From: an uncultured Myxococcota bacterium
GTDB lineage: Bacteria; Myxococcota_A; UBA796
DNA length: 64,000 nt
Direction of reading: 5' to 3'
NCBI GenBank assembly: GCA_965661985.1
Contig: CBFIFY010000003.1
Span: forward strand, 29,207 to 93,206
Shown here: one piece after another, positions 54,332 to 62,856 of the stretch
Layout of the letters: every line of letters begins with the position of its first letter
Numbering within the stretch: the stretch's first letter is position 1
Position numbers and translations under genes: made by a program
Notes under the pieces: model-generated
Database searches by the model: none
Told to the model about the DNA's origin: nothing
Seen by the model: only the letters and a program-made list of their open reading frames with translations

Positions 54332-55267
54332 TTATGGACTGTTCTTTGTTTTTTTCGTTTCCGTTGTTTTCGTCATTTCCTTCGTTTGCTTTCCCTTTTT
54401 CTGTTGGCTGTGCTTGACGTCCACTCTGTAATTGGGAGAATCTTTGACATCGTATTGAGAGAGGCTGCGTCCGGTTGCTTCGCTGAGCAAGAGTCGCACA
54501 TTTTCAGCAAACAGTTTTGGGTTCTCTACCTCATCCTTGGAGGGTGTATAGGTGGGTAAAAAACGGATTGTCACCGGTGTATAGAGTCGACCCAGGATTC
54601 GGTAAATTTGGACACCAAAAGTCGATTCTTCACGGTTCCAAAACGGGGTGTACTCAGGAAAAGTAAAGGCGATGGGCGTGACGGGATGACCAGGGACAAA
54701 AGCCCCAGATTTGAACTGCAGAACATGTTTGCCGTTGGAATACGTCCCTTCTGGAAAGATGACGTGTTTGTAGACACCTTCATCCAAACTTTGCTTCAAT
54801 TGTTCGATCAGGCTCGGCCCTTTGCCCTTGTCTTTGCCTCGTGTGACATAGAGTGGATTGAGCGAGTGGGTGAACTTGTTGAAAATCGGCATGCGCTTTG
54901 TAAACTCAGCCGCCATCGGACGAAAGTGCCCCAGTTTGTAGAGTAGAACAAGGCTTTCAAACAGACAGGTGTGGGTGGACACAAAGAGTTTAGCATCGAG
55001 AGACTTGGGGTCGTCGATGATTGTGGTGACGGGCATTCGAATGCTGATCAGCAGACACTTGTTGCAAAAACTCGAAGACCAGTCTTTCCACTTTAATGAA
55101 ATGTAGGGAAAGAGCGGAATGAACACCAACCCTGTGAGCAAACCAAGTGCCAAAAAGACAATTGTCACGGGCAGGAAAATGATAAAAATGGGCAGTGTTT
55201 TCCACAATGGTTCCGGTGGCTCAACACTGAAGGGATCATCGATGGTATGGTTTGCAGTATCAGACAC
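54332..55267 (-). CDS. lysophospholipid acyltransferase (PlsC/LPLAT superfamily, LPCAT-like) with Lys-rich tail
   Basis: TM segment at the N-terminus. Motif I is the variant HTCLFE (H-x4-E), motif III is IFPEGTYSNG, and motif IV is SGAFVPGHPVTPIAF (compare LPCAT1 GAFIPGAPVQPV). The C-terminus is KHSQQKKGKQTKEMTKTTETKKTKNSP. Confidence 0.78.
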   Translation of the reverse strand: MSDTANHTIDDPFSVEPPEPLWKTLPIFIIFLPVTIVFLALGLLTGLVFIPLFPYISLKWKDWSSSFCNKCLLISIRMPVTTIIDDPKSLDAKLFVSTHTCLFESLVLLYKLGHFRPMAAEFTKRMPIFNKFTHSLNPLYVTRGKDKGKGPSLIEQLKQSLDEGVYKHVIFPEGTYSNGKHVLQFKSGAFVPGHPVTPIAFTFPEYTPFWNREESTFGVQIYRILGRLYTPVTIRFLPTYTPSKDEVENPKLFAENVRLLLSEATGRSLSQYDVKDSPNYRVDVKHSQQKKGKQTKEMTKTTETKKTKNSP

Positions 55268-55351
55268 GTAAGACTCTCTATCAATGGTGTTTTGATCAAT
55301 ATATTGAATGCGGTGACTGGTGAACAGTGTACTTTGCTACACGTTGTGGGA

Positions 55352-55984
55352 TTATTGCCACCCTTGTACATATGTGTCCAAAGGGACATCGCCTTTGGAT
55401 GCGCGGTTGATTAGGCTGGTGATGCTTTTGTGTGGCCAGTCGGCTTGGATGCTGTTTACAGCCCAGTCTGGCAAGGCACCTTCTGGATCGGTTTTGACTT
55501 CGACAACAATTTTGGTTTGACCATTGTCGGCAACAGAAAACTGCCAAAAAGTTCGCTCTCCTTTCGCCCGTACAAAGTCTGGACTGATGGGGACCTTTGG
55601 ACTGGTGACCGAAGACAAGTGTACCGTTGCCGTTTTGGACGCGTCATCGTAGACAATTTTCTTGTCAAAGACGTAATCTCTGTCAGAAACTGGCCAAGGC
55701 AGATCATAGCCTTGATGCAACAATGAATGGTTTTCGGAATACTGCTCAACCACTTTACCAAACATCATCATGTCAACCCATTCTGGACCAATGGACTCAT
55801 CTCGCAATACACCCATGAACTGAGCAATCGAGATCGAAGATGTCGCTTCTCCTTTGAAGGCGTAGAGACCGGTTCCCGATTCTTGTTTTCGATATACGGC
55901 AACATCGTTTGTGACACCCAAACTCGTCCACTCTTCTGCCATCACGCTGTTGATACACAGCAACCACGCTCCAATCCATCCCAT
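55352..55984 (-). CDS. START (StAR-related lipid-transfer) domain protein, exported
   Basis: Signal-like N-terminus. Also VAVYRK...YAFKGEA, SIGPEWVDMM, LPWPVSDRDYVF, VRAKGERTFWQF and DPEGALPDWAVN, the START blocks in order. Confidence 0.78.
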   Translation of the reverse strand: MGWIGAWLLCINSVMAEEWTSLGVTNDVAVYRKQESGTGLYAFKGEATSSISIAQFMGVLRDESIGPEWVDMMMFGKVVEQYSENHSLLHQGYDLPWPVSDRDYVFDKKIVYDDASKTATVHLSSVTSPKVPISPDFVRAKGERTFWQFSVADNGQTKIVVEVKTDPEGALPDWAVNSIQADWPHKSITSLINRASKGDVPLDTYVQGWQ

Positions 55985-56060
55985 AATACACTCCTTTTGA
56001 TTGTGAACAGTGTATCACACAGAACAAATGGATGTGCAGAACCGTTCCTTCATACGCAAG

Positions 56061-57266
56061 TCACCGTTGGTCGGGTGCATCTTTCCAATTGATCGCATTG
56101 AGCCGCTTCGCTTGATGCCGCAGAAGTTCATTGTCAGACGACAGCGCCTCTTGTACAAAGATGGCATTGCGAGGACGTAGGCGCGCAGAGGCTTCCAACA
56201 GGGCCAAGTTCCAGTTGAGTTCGCTTTGGTTTTCACAATACAAGCGATGGCTGTTGCCCAAAAAAGAAATCTTATGACACTTTGGCGGTATAGACACAGA
56301 GACCCACAAATCACTCTCCAAGTCCATGCCACGAGGATGCTCGCGTTTTGTACACGGTTTCGAAGACCACTGTTTTGCCCTGTTTGACCAATTGCTCAAA
56401 TATTGAACAGGGTTTTCACACCATCGAAGCGTTTCTACGGCATATTGGTTTTGCCAGTGTCCAATTAAGAAATGTGGTGTGTCATCGGTGAATTGTTGCC
56501 CCTGTTCGTACAAGGTTTGTACACTTTTGGCATAGAAGTGCTCTAGGAGATCTTGCTCAAACCCTTCGGTCAGTCTGTCACTTTGTAAGAGTGCTGTGGA
56601 AACTTTCGCATACCAGTCTGCATCGGATGTGTGTGGTGCGCTGTCTTTGGCGAGGGTGGTCACGAGGTGCATCCAACAAGATTTTTGAAATTGGTCGCTG
56701 AACTTGCAGACGGTCAGTCCTTGTTCAAGTGTGTCGATGGATGAAGGCAAGGACTCGGCAAGGGTGAAAAAGCACTCTGCTTGCCAAGTACGGTTCTCGA
56801 TGTGTCGACACGCGTCGATGGCCAACGCCACATCTTCCTGTCCATCGGCGACTGCCTGTGCGGTCCAACAGGTGTTGGGGTGTGGGTCCAAGGTGCAATC
56901 ACGCTCTGTGATGGGTTCGCTATTTTGGATTTGGTCGAAGTGGTTGATTTGGTCTTTCCACAAATGGGGGCGTTCGGTCAATCGGTGACAACGGTCTCGT
57001 CCAAGTGAAGTAGACAGGAATGCACAAAGGTCTTTACTGCGCCTTGGGTATTGTTCTACCGTTTCCAAGATGAGGACATCCCTTTGAACTTGCTCTAAAT
57101 TTTGCACATAACGCTTGGCTTGTACTGGACTGTTCTGTGCCAGATTGATCAACGCTTCACTCGAGTGTTTGGTTTCTGTTTCAAGAGTCGACGGTGTTGA
57201 AAGTGGATCGCAACCACCAAATAGAAACAGTGTGTACAGAACTGTTTGAAAGAACGATTGACGCAT
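56061..57266 (-). CDS. hypothetical Cys-rich helical lipoprotein
   Basis: Lipobox LFLFGGC, 401 aa, many conserved-looking Cys/Trp residues. No family recognised. Confidence 0.6.
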   Translation of the reverse strand: MRQSFFQTVLYTLFLFGGCDPLSTPSTLETETKHSSEALINLAQNSPVQAKRYVQNLEQVQRDVLILETVEQYPRRSKDLCAFLSTSLGRDRCHRLTERPHLWKDQINHFDQIQNSEPITERDCTLDPHPNTCWTAQAVADGQEDVALAIDACRHIENRTWQAECFFTLAESLPSSIDTLEQGLTVCKFSDQFQKSCWMHLVTTLAKDSAPHTSDADWYAKVSTALLQSDRLTEGFEQDLLEHFYAKSVQTLYEQGQQFTDDTPHFLIGHWQNQYAVETLRWCENPVQYLSNWSNRAKQWSSKPCTKREHPRGMDLESDLWVSVSIPPKCHKISFLGNSHRLYCENQSELNWNLALLEASARLRPRNAIFVQEALSSDNELLRHQAKRLNAINWKDAPDQR

Positions 57267-57287
57267 ATGGACTCAATGGGGTAGAAT
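57258..57287 (+). promoter_or_regulatory. putative sigma70-type promoter giving a leaderless mRNA for the CRTAC1-like gene
   Basis: TTGACG (57258-57263), 18-nt spacer, TAGAAT (57282-57287), then 6 nt and the ATG at 57294. No SD is possible in this space. Confidence 0.4.
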
Positions 57288-57293
57288 TACAGT

Positions 57294-57323
57294 ATGATAG
57301 CGTTCCTCCTCATGGCTTGTCAA
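57294..57323 (-). promoter_or_regulatory. putative divergent sigma70-type promoter for gene 56061-57266
   Basis: The minus strand reads TTGACA (57323-57318), 18-nt spacer, TATCAT (57299-57294). The -10 element is the reverse complement of the ATG-containing hexamer of the plus-strand gene. Confidence 0.35.
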
Positions 57324-59090
57324 CAAGAGTTTACCGACGTATCCTACACGGAAGCAGAGTTGATTCCCGCTTTTGAGCACGGGAACTCAGGGTGGGCTGG
57401 GGTCGCGCTGCTGGACTATGATGGTGATGGTTGGTTGGACATTTTCTTCACCAACGGCCTAAGTCAAGCGGATGCACTTTATCAAAACCAAGGGAATGGA
57501 CAATTCTTGAATGTTGCAGCCGAGGTTGGGTTGGATTCTACGGCTCAACACGGTGGAGTGGCCTCAGCAGATTTGGACAATGATGGAGACCCCGATTTGG
57601 TGATCGTGCGAGACTGTACCTTGGGCACCTTACAAGAAGATGGGACGGCTTTGCGCGACGGTGGTGTTGAGGTTGCGTGGAATGAAGATGGCACATTCGT
57701 TTTTGAAATGCTGACTTTTAAAGAGCAAGCGGCCGAACTTGGCATTTGTCCAGTGAGTGTGGAATTGGTTGATACCAACGGGGATGGGTGGCTCGACATT
57801 TCAGTGTCCAATGGATTGGATTTGGATCAGGTGTACCCTTGGATCTATCGAAAGGAGACCCGAGAAGGGGTGGATGTGATTTTGCTTTCGGATCAAGAAG
57901 GTGGGTTTGAACAAAGGGTGCTGTTGGAACCTACACCTGTGGGCGATGTGCTCAATCCCGATGAGTATGAATTTCAGTTTGCGACGTTTACATCAGCGTT
58001 TATGGATATCAATTTTGATGGTCTGTTGGACAAAATATCTGGCTATGGTGGTGGACCACTTGGCATTCACTTACAAGTAGAAGAGAACGTGTTTCAACCG
58101 GTACCAGAATGGACGACCAGTGTCCAAGGACTGTGGATGGGGCTTGCGCTGGCAGACTTTGATGGGGATGGAGACATCGACATATACAGTACCAACCAAG
58201 GATTGTCTCCACTTTTGACGGGATATGACAACATTCCAGAACCTTTTGAAGGAGAGACCTTCTCCGAAGCATGGATCGATCGAAATGTTAGACCCTTTCA
58301 CACAATATTTGAAAATGATCGTGGGTTCTTCAGCGAACGAAATGCCGATGTTCAAGCAGAGCATTTGTTGTCAGGCGATTTGTTTGATGGTGTCCCAACA
58401 GCAGATGGATACAAGTATCAAGGCTGGTTGAATCCAGAAGGACTGGATCGATACGGTTGGGCTTGGGGGGCGACGACCATTGATATCGATGCCGACGGTT
58501 GGATGGACGTTGTATTCAATGCCAACAATTGTGCTGCACCAATGACAATCGTTGGAGACGAGAGTGCAGGGGCTGGTCCAGGTTCGGTGTTGCGAAACAA
58601 TGTGGGCAACGGTTTTCAAGATGTGACTTGGAAATGGGGTTTGGCAAACGTCATGAACGATGGAACCTATCCAGATGGCAGAGGGGTGGCAGTTGGAGAT
58701 TTGAATAACGACGGCTATTCTGACATCGTCTATGCAAATCGAACCTTCAATCCCTCTCAGTCGTCGCCCTTGGATCAGCAACCCGGCATTCCCAAAATTT
58801 TGCTGTCTGAAGGTCAACCGGGGAATTGGTTGCAAATTGATTTGGTGGGTTCACAGAGCAACCGTGACGGGATTGGTTCATACATCCGAATTCAAAATGG
58901 CGATCGTACCCAGTTCTATCTTTTTGAACCTGGGGGTACGACCAACTCAAGCAATGAACGGTTGTTTACTGTGGGGGTTGGAAGTGCTAGAAAAGTTGAT
59001 GTCGCGGTTTTGTTTCCGTCTGGAAAACAGATACGATTAAACAGTGTAGACAGCAATCAGCGCATTGTGATTGAGGAGAATAGAGAATGA
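57294..59090 (+). CDS. CRTAC1-family lipoprotein (FG-GAP/VCBS repeats + ASPIC/UnbV domain), second copy
   Basis: Lipobox FLLMAC. DYDGDGWLDI, DLDNDGDPDL, DTNGDGWLDI, DFDGDGDIDI, DIDADGWMDV and DLNNDGYSDI. C-terminal NRDGIGSYIRI...VGVGS...VLFPSG. Confidence 0.85.
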   Translation: MIAFLLMACQQEFTDVSYTEAELIPAFEHGNSGWAGVALLDYDGDGWLDIFFTNGLSQADALYQNQGNGQFLNVAAEVGLDSTAQHGGVASADLDNDGDPDLVIVRDCTLGTLQEDGTALRDGGVEVAWNEDGTFVFEMLTFKEQAAELGICPVSVELVDTNGDGWLDISVSNGLDLDQVYPWIYRKETREGVDVILLSDQEGGFEQRVLLEPTPVGDVLNPDEYEFQFATFTSAFMDINFDGLLDKISGYGGGPLGIHLQVEENVFQPVPEWTTSVQGLWMGLALADFDGDGDIDIYSTNQGLSPLLTGYDNIPEPFEGETFSEAWIDRNVRPFHTIFENDRGFFSERNADVQAEHLLSGDLFDGVPTADGYKYQGWLNPEGLDRYGWAWGATTIDIDADGWMDVVFNANNCAAPMTIVGDESAGAGPGSVLRNNVGNGFQDVTWKWGLANVMNDGTYPDGRGVAVGDLNNDGYSDIVYANRTFNPSQSSPLDQQPGIPKILLSEGQPGNWLQIDLVGSQSNRDGIGSYIRIQNGDRTQFYLFEPGGTTNSSNERLFTVGVGSARKVDVAVLFPSGKQIRLNSVDSNQRIVIEENRE

Positions 59091-60505
59091 AATCCTATGT
59101 TCAAATGATTGGTGTGCTCACTTTAATGGCTTGTGAAACCGTAGAGACTGAAACGGCCCAACCACTTGAAAACTCCGAATGGAAAGATACGATCACCACG
59201 AAAGATGTGGGTGCAGACGTTGTTTTTTCGACAGCCAAAGAGTGTGGTGAGTGTCACCCTTCGCATCTCCAAGATTGGGAACAGTCGATGCATGCCTACG
59301 CTGCCCATTCGCCTGTATTTGATGCGATGGCACAAAAAGCCTTTCGAGATTCAGCTGGAGAAGTCGGTACATTTTGTACGAGTTGTCACTCTCCCATTGG
59401 TGCGATTCAAGGGGAAGATGGTACGGTGACGGCAAAGGACCGTTCAGAAATCTCACGGGATTCGGTTTCTTGTGAAGTGTGTCATTCGGCGGTCGATCAT
59501 TCTACGCCAGTTGGAAATTTATCACTGGAACTGACAGCAACCGGTGAGATTATGGGACCGTATGAGAGTGACTTTACCGAAGGTCATGAAAGTGTGCAGA
59601 GTGATTTCGTTCAATCTGCTGAATTGTGTGGTTCTTGTCACGATGTATTCAATTATCCCGGACTGCGAATTGAAGAGGCTTTTACAGAGTACTCAACTTC
59701 TCCCGCCAAAAATATGGGGCTGACCTGTCAGGATTGTCATATGGGAACCGTTCCTGGAGCAGTGTCTCAACGTGATGTTGGTCCGATAGCCGTTGTTGAA
59801 GGTCGTACCTATCCAGACAGAGCGCGCTCTTCGCATCGATTTATTGGTCCCGATTATTCTTTGCTGGATACATTTCCATACCCAGACGACATCGAGAAAT
59901 CTCGTCAAGCACAAGAAGAGATGTTTGCTCAAATTGAGGTGCTGTTGAAAAATGCGGTTGAAGTATCGGAGGTGCAAATAGATCGCTCTGGTGTCGAAAC
60001 GACCGTGCAGGTCACATTGCAATCCTTGACATCTGGCCACAATGTTCCGACAGGCTTTACATCCGAGCGTCAGTTGTGGTTGGATGTGATCGTCAAGAAT
60101 GCTGTCGGCACAGTCTTGTTTTCCAGTGGTCAGTTGGATGGGAATGGAGACCTTTACGATGAACATTCTTGGGAAGTGGCTGCAGATTCGACCAAACTGG
60201 ATACACAGTTGGTCAATCTTCAGTCCAAAAATAAGATGCGCTATGGTGAGTTGGAGTTGCCAAATGCAACAGAGACCGTCTTTCCATTTGATGCCGATTA
60301 CATTGAAAAGCATTCGTTGAGACCTTTGGAAACAAGAACGGTATCCTATACCTTGCCTGCATCTATTGGTCAGCAAACCATTCACGTTGAAGTTGCTTTG
60401 CGCTATCGAAACCTGCCGCCCTACATTCTACGGGCTTTACAACTGGACGATTTGGTAGATCGACTGCAAGTGTTTACCATTGATGAAACTGCGATAGAAG
60501 GATGA
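59087..60505 (+). CDS. penta-haem c-type cytochrome lipoprotein
   Basis: Lipobox LTLMAC. Five CxxCH motifs: CGECH, CTSCH, CEVCH, CGSCH, CQDCH. ATGA start/stop overlap with the CRTAC1-like gene. Confidence 0.85.
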   Translation: MKSYVQMIGVLTLMACETVETETAQPLENSEWKDTITTKDVGADVVFSTAKECGECHPSHLQDWEQSMHAYAAHSPVFDAMAQKAFRDSAGEVGTFCTSCHSPIGAIQGEDGTVTAKDRSEISRDSVSCEVCHSAVDHSTPVGNLSLELTATGEIMGPYESDFTEGHESVQSDFVQSAELCGSCHDVFNYPGLRIEEAFTEYSTSPAKNMGLTCQDCHMGTVPGAVSQRDVGPIAVVEGRTYPDRARSSHRFIGPDYSLLDTFPYPDDIEKSRQAQEEMFAQIEVLLKNAVEVSEVQIDRSGVETTVQVTLQSLTSGHNVPTGFTSERQLWLDVIVKNAVGTVLFSSGQLDGNGDLYDEHSWEVAADSTKLDTQLVNLQSKNKMRYGELELPNATETVFPFDADYIEKHSLRPLETRTVSYTLPASIGQQTIHVEVALRYRNLPPYILRALQLDDLVDRLQVFTIDETAIEG

Positions 60506-60606
60506 CCCTGCATTGCCTTCGAACTTTCTGATAAGTAGGGTATATTGATGGTATCAGTGTTCGTCCATAGTTACAATAGTTGCAGCATTGATGTGGTGGA
60601 GGCAAC

Positions 60607-61473
60607 ATGATGTGGTGGATTTGGGCGTGTGCAACGGAGCCTGCAGACACCAGCGTTGAATCGTATGCCGTTCCAGAACTTCAAGAAAATGGGTGCGGTA
60701 CAGGTCAAGGTTCGGGCTTGCCAATTGGTGACATAGAATGCAACAATGGACGATGTACCATTGCCCCTGGAGAGTTTTGGATGGGATCGTCAGACGTTGA
60801 TGCAGAGTGTCCCGTGCGAAAAGTTGAACTGTCAGAGTTTCAAATTGATCAATATGAGGTCACTTTGTCCGAATGGCAACGGTGTGTCGATCAAGGACGG
60901 TGTGCTTCTTTGCCGGCACATTGTCTCAATACGTTGTACAGCAGACCTGATTACAGCGTTGATTTTCCAGCCATTTGCGTCACTTGGTCTCAAGCCAACA
61001 ATTATTGTCGTGGCATAGGTGGTCGTTTACCGACAGAGGCAGAGTGGGAAAAAGCCGCTTCTGGAACGGAAGGTGCCAAGTGGGCGTGGGGAGCTTCTGC
61101 GCCTGACTGTGACGATGCCAACTTTCGCTTGGCCAGCATCTATTGCTCTCCAGGGGTTCGATCTGTTGGGTGGTATACTCAAAGTGTCTCTCCCTTTGGG
61201 TTGTATGATGTCAATGGCAATGTTTTTGAGTGGACAGCCGATTGGTATGATGCCACCTTTTATGAAGCGGCTACAAATATCAATCCCATCAAAGAATCTG
61301 GTTTGTGCGTTTCTAGTGTGGGTGCTGAACCTCAGGACTGTGGAGAGCGAGTCTTGCGCGGTGGAGCTTACAACGCGACAGAATCGACAATTCGAAATGC
61401 AGCTCGAAGTTTCGCGGACCCAACGTTGGTGGATGTGAACATTGGTTTTCGCTGTGCCTACGATGGCAATTGA
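60607..61473 (+). CDS. FGE/SUMF1-fold (formylglycine-generating enzyme family) lipoprotein
   Basis: Lipobox WIWAC. FWMGSS, PVRKVELSEFQIDQYEVT, RLPTEAEWEKAASG, GNVFEWTADWY, RVLRGGAY and FRCAY. No C-x4-C catalytic pair near the C-terminus. Confidence 0.85.
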   Translation: MMWWIWACATEPADTSVESYAVPELQENGCGTGQGSGLPIGDIECNNGRCTIAPGEFWMGSSDVDAECPVRKVELSEFQIDQYEVTLSEWQRCVDQGRCASLPAHCLNTLYSRPDYSVDFPAICVTWSQANNYCRGIGGRLPTEAEWEKAASGTEGAKWAWGASAPDCDDANFRLASIYCSPGVRSVGWYTQSVSPFGLYDVNGNVFEWTADWYDATFYEAATNINPIKESGLCVSSVGAEPQDCGERVLRGGAYNATESTIRNAARSFADPTLVDVNIGFRCAYDGN

Positions 61474-61527
61474 GCAATCCAACAAGAGCAAAAGTCTCGT
61501 CTACAACAATTGCGTCAACAATCGGAA

Positions 61528-62643
61528 TCAATTCAACATTCGTTTCTGTTGAAGCGTTTGAAAAATATGGGTGGCTTTCATCTTTTCGCCCGTTTGATCA
61601 ACGTGGACTTCATCGACGAAGTGCACTTCATCCATCGAAGACATCAATTGATGCAGAGGCACACTGTTCCATTTTTCTGCTCTCGCCAGTTCCATTACAC
61701 GCTGGTTTTGTATTGCGATCATTGGGCCCCATTGGTTTGCACTATTGGTGTCGCCTTGTGAGTCGTTCCCTTTTCGATAGGGCAATGTTGCAAACAGCAC
61801 TTTGCTACCAATACTTGTTGCAACCGTACCAATCGTTCGAAGGTTGCGAGTAAAGGTTTTGGAATGTTGATCCGTTTCTGCTCTGCGCACCAAGCCTTCT
61901 TTGGGAGGGTGGATGCTCAAGTTGTGCAACGTGTACATAGAAGGTGTGGGACCGGAGACTTGAATCTTGATCCAAGTATACAATTGACTGGTGTACACGC
62001 CCCAAGAGTCTAGGAAAAATGTCAAATTTGTTTGCACCACCATCCTTCCCAGTTCATCTTTGGTCAAGGCGATGGGTTTTCGAAAGTGTGCATAGTCCGG
62101 TCTAAAGTCTTTGCGCATTAGGGGGTCGAGATCATTGACGGCATGGTGAACAATGACGATGTCGGGTTGAAAAGACTGTCCCAACGTGGTGAATGCCACC
62201 ATACTTTCGGCACTGGTCCATCCACCCGTACCAAAGTTTAAGATTTCAATGGTTTTGTTTGAGTTGTGCTCTTGGAGCAGTTCTCCCAGATGAAAGGGCC
62301 AAGCCTCAGGTCCTGCCGTGGTCGAGCCTCCCAGCGTCAGGATGCGCAGGGTTTGTGGGCTTCTTGACAGAGAGATGTCGTCAGAAAATGTAAAGCCCCA
62401 TTCGTTGATTTCAGGTAAATCAGGAGAAAATGTGTAGACCATATACGGGTGCGGCGCCATTTCAATGGTGGGGTCCAATTCAGGACTGTTCAATTCTTGA
62501 TAGTCTATGATTTGGGTTCGGGTGTCTGGTGCGGCAAGTATGACAAGGCGAAAGAGGAGTTCGAACGATGTCAGTCCCAATAGTAATAGACCCAATGTGA
62601 ACAGATACTTTTTCCAACGTGGTGACAGGTTTCGTGTAGACAT
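61528..62643 (-). CDS. membrane-anchored SGNH/GDSL-like hydrolase
   Basis: N-terminal TM segment. Block I-like ILTLGGSTTAG, NFGTGGW, VIVHHAVNDL, and block V DEVH near the C-terminus. Confidence 0.65.
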   Translation of the reverse strand: MSTRNLSPRWKKYLFTLGLLLLGLTSFELLFRLVILAAPDTRTQIIDYQELNSPELDPTIEMAPHPYMVYTFSPDLPEINEWGFTFSDDISLSRSPQTLRILTLGGSTTAGPEAWPFHLGELLQEHNSNKTIEILNFGTGGWTSAESMVAFTTLGQSFQPDIVIVHHAVNDLDPLMRKDFRPDYAHFRKPIALTKDELGRMVVQTNLTFFLDSWGVYTSQLYTWIKIQVSGPTPSMYTLHNLSIHPPKEGLVRRAETDQHSKTFTRNLRTIGTVATSIGSKVLFATLPYRKGNDSQGDTNSANQWGPMIAIQNQRVMELARAEKWNSVPLHQLMSSMDEVHFVDEVHVDQTGEKMKATHIFQTLQQKRMLN

Positions 62644-62856
62644 AAGTTGGATATTACCTTGAATGATGTTGATCGTAAAGCATTTTTGGACATCGATACT
62701 GAAACTAGAAGGAAAAGGGATGCTTTGTGTACATTCGTTTGGTCATTGATGATATGTATTGTGTCGTCAATAATTGGTTCTGTAACTGACTTTTTACAGT
62801 ACAATCCCATTTTTTCCTTTATAATTTAAGTGGAATAAACAAACGAGGCTGTACAG

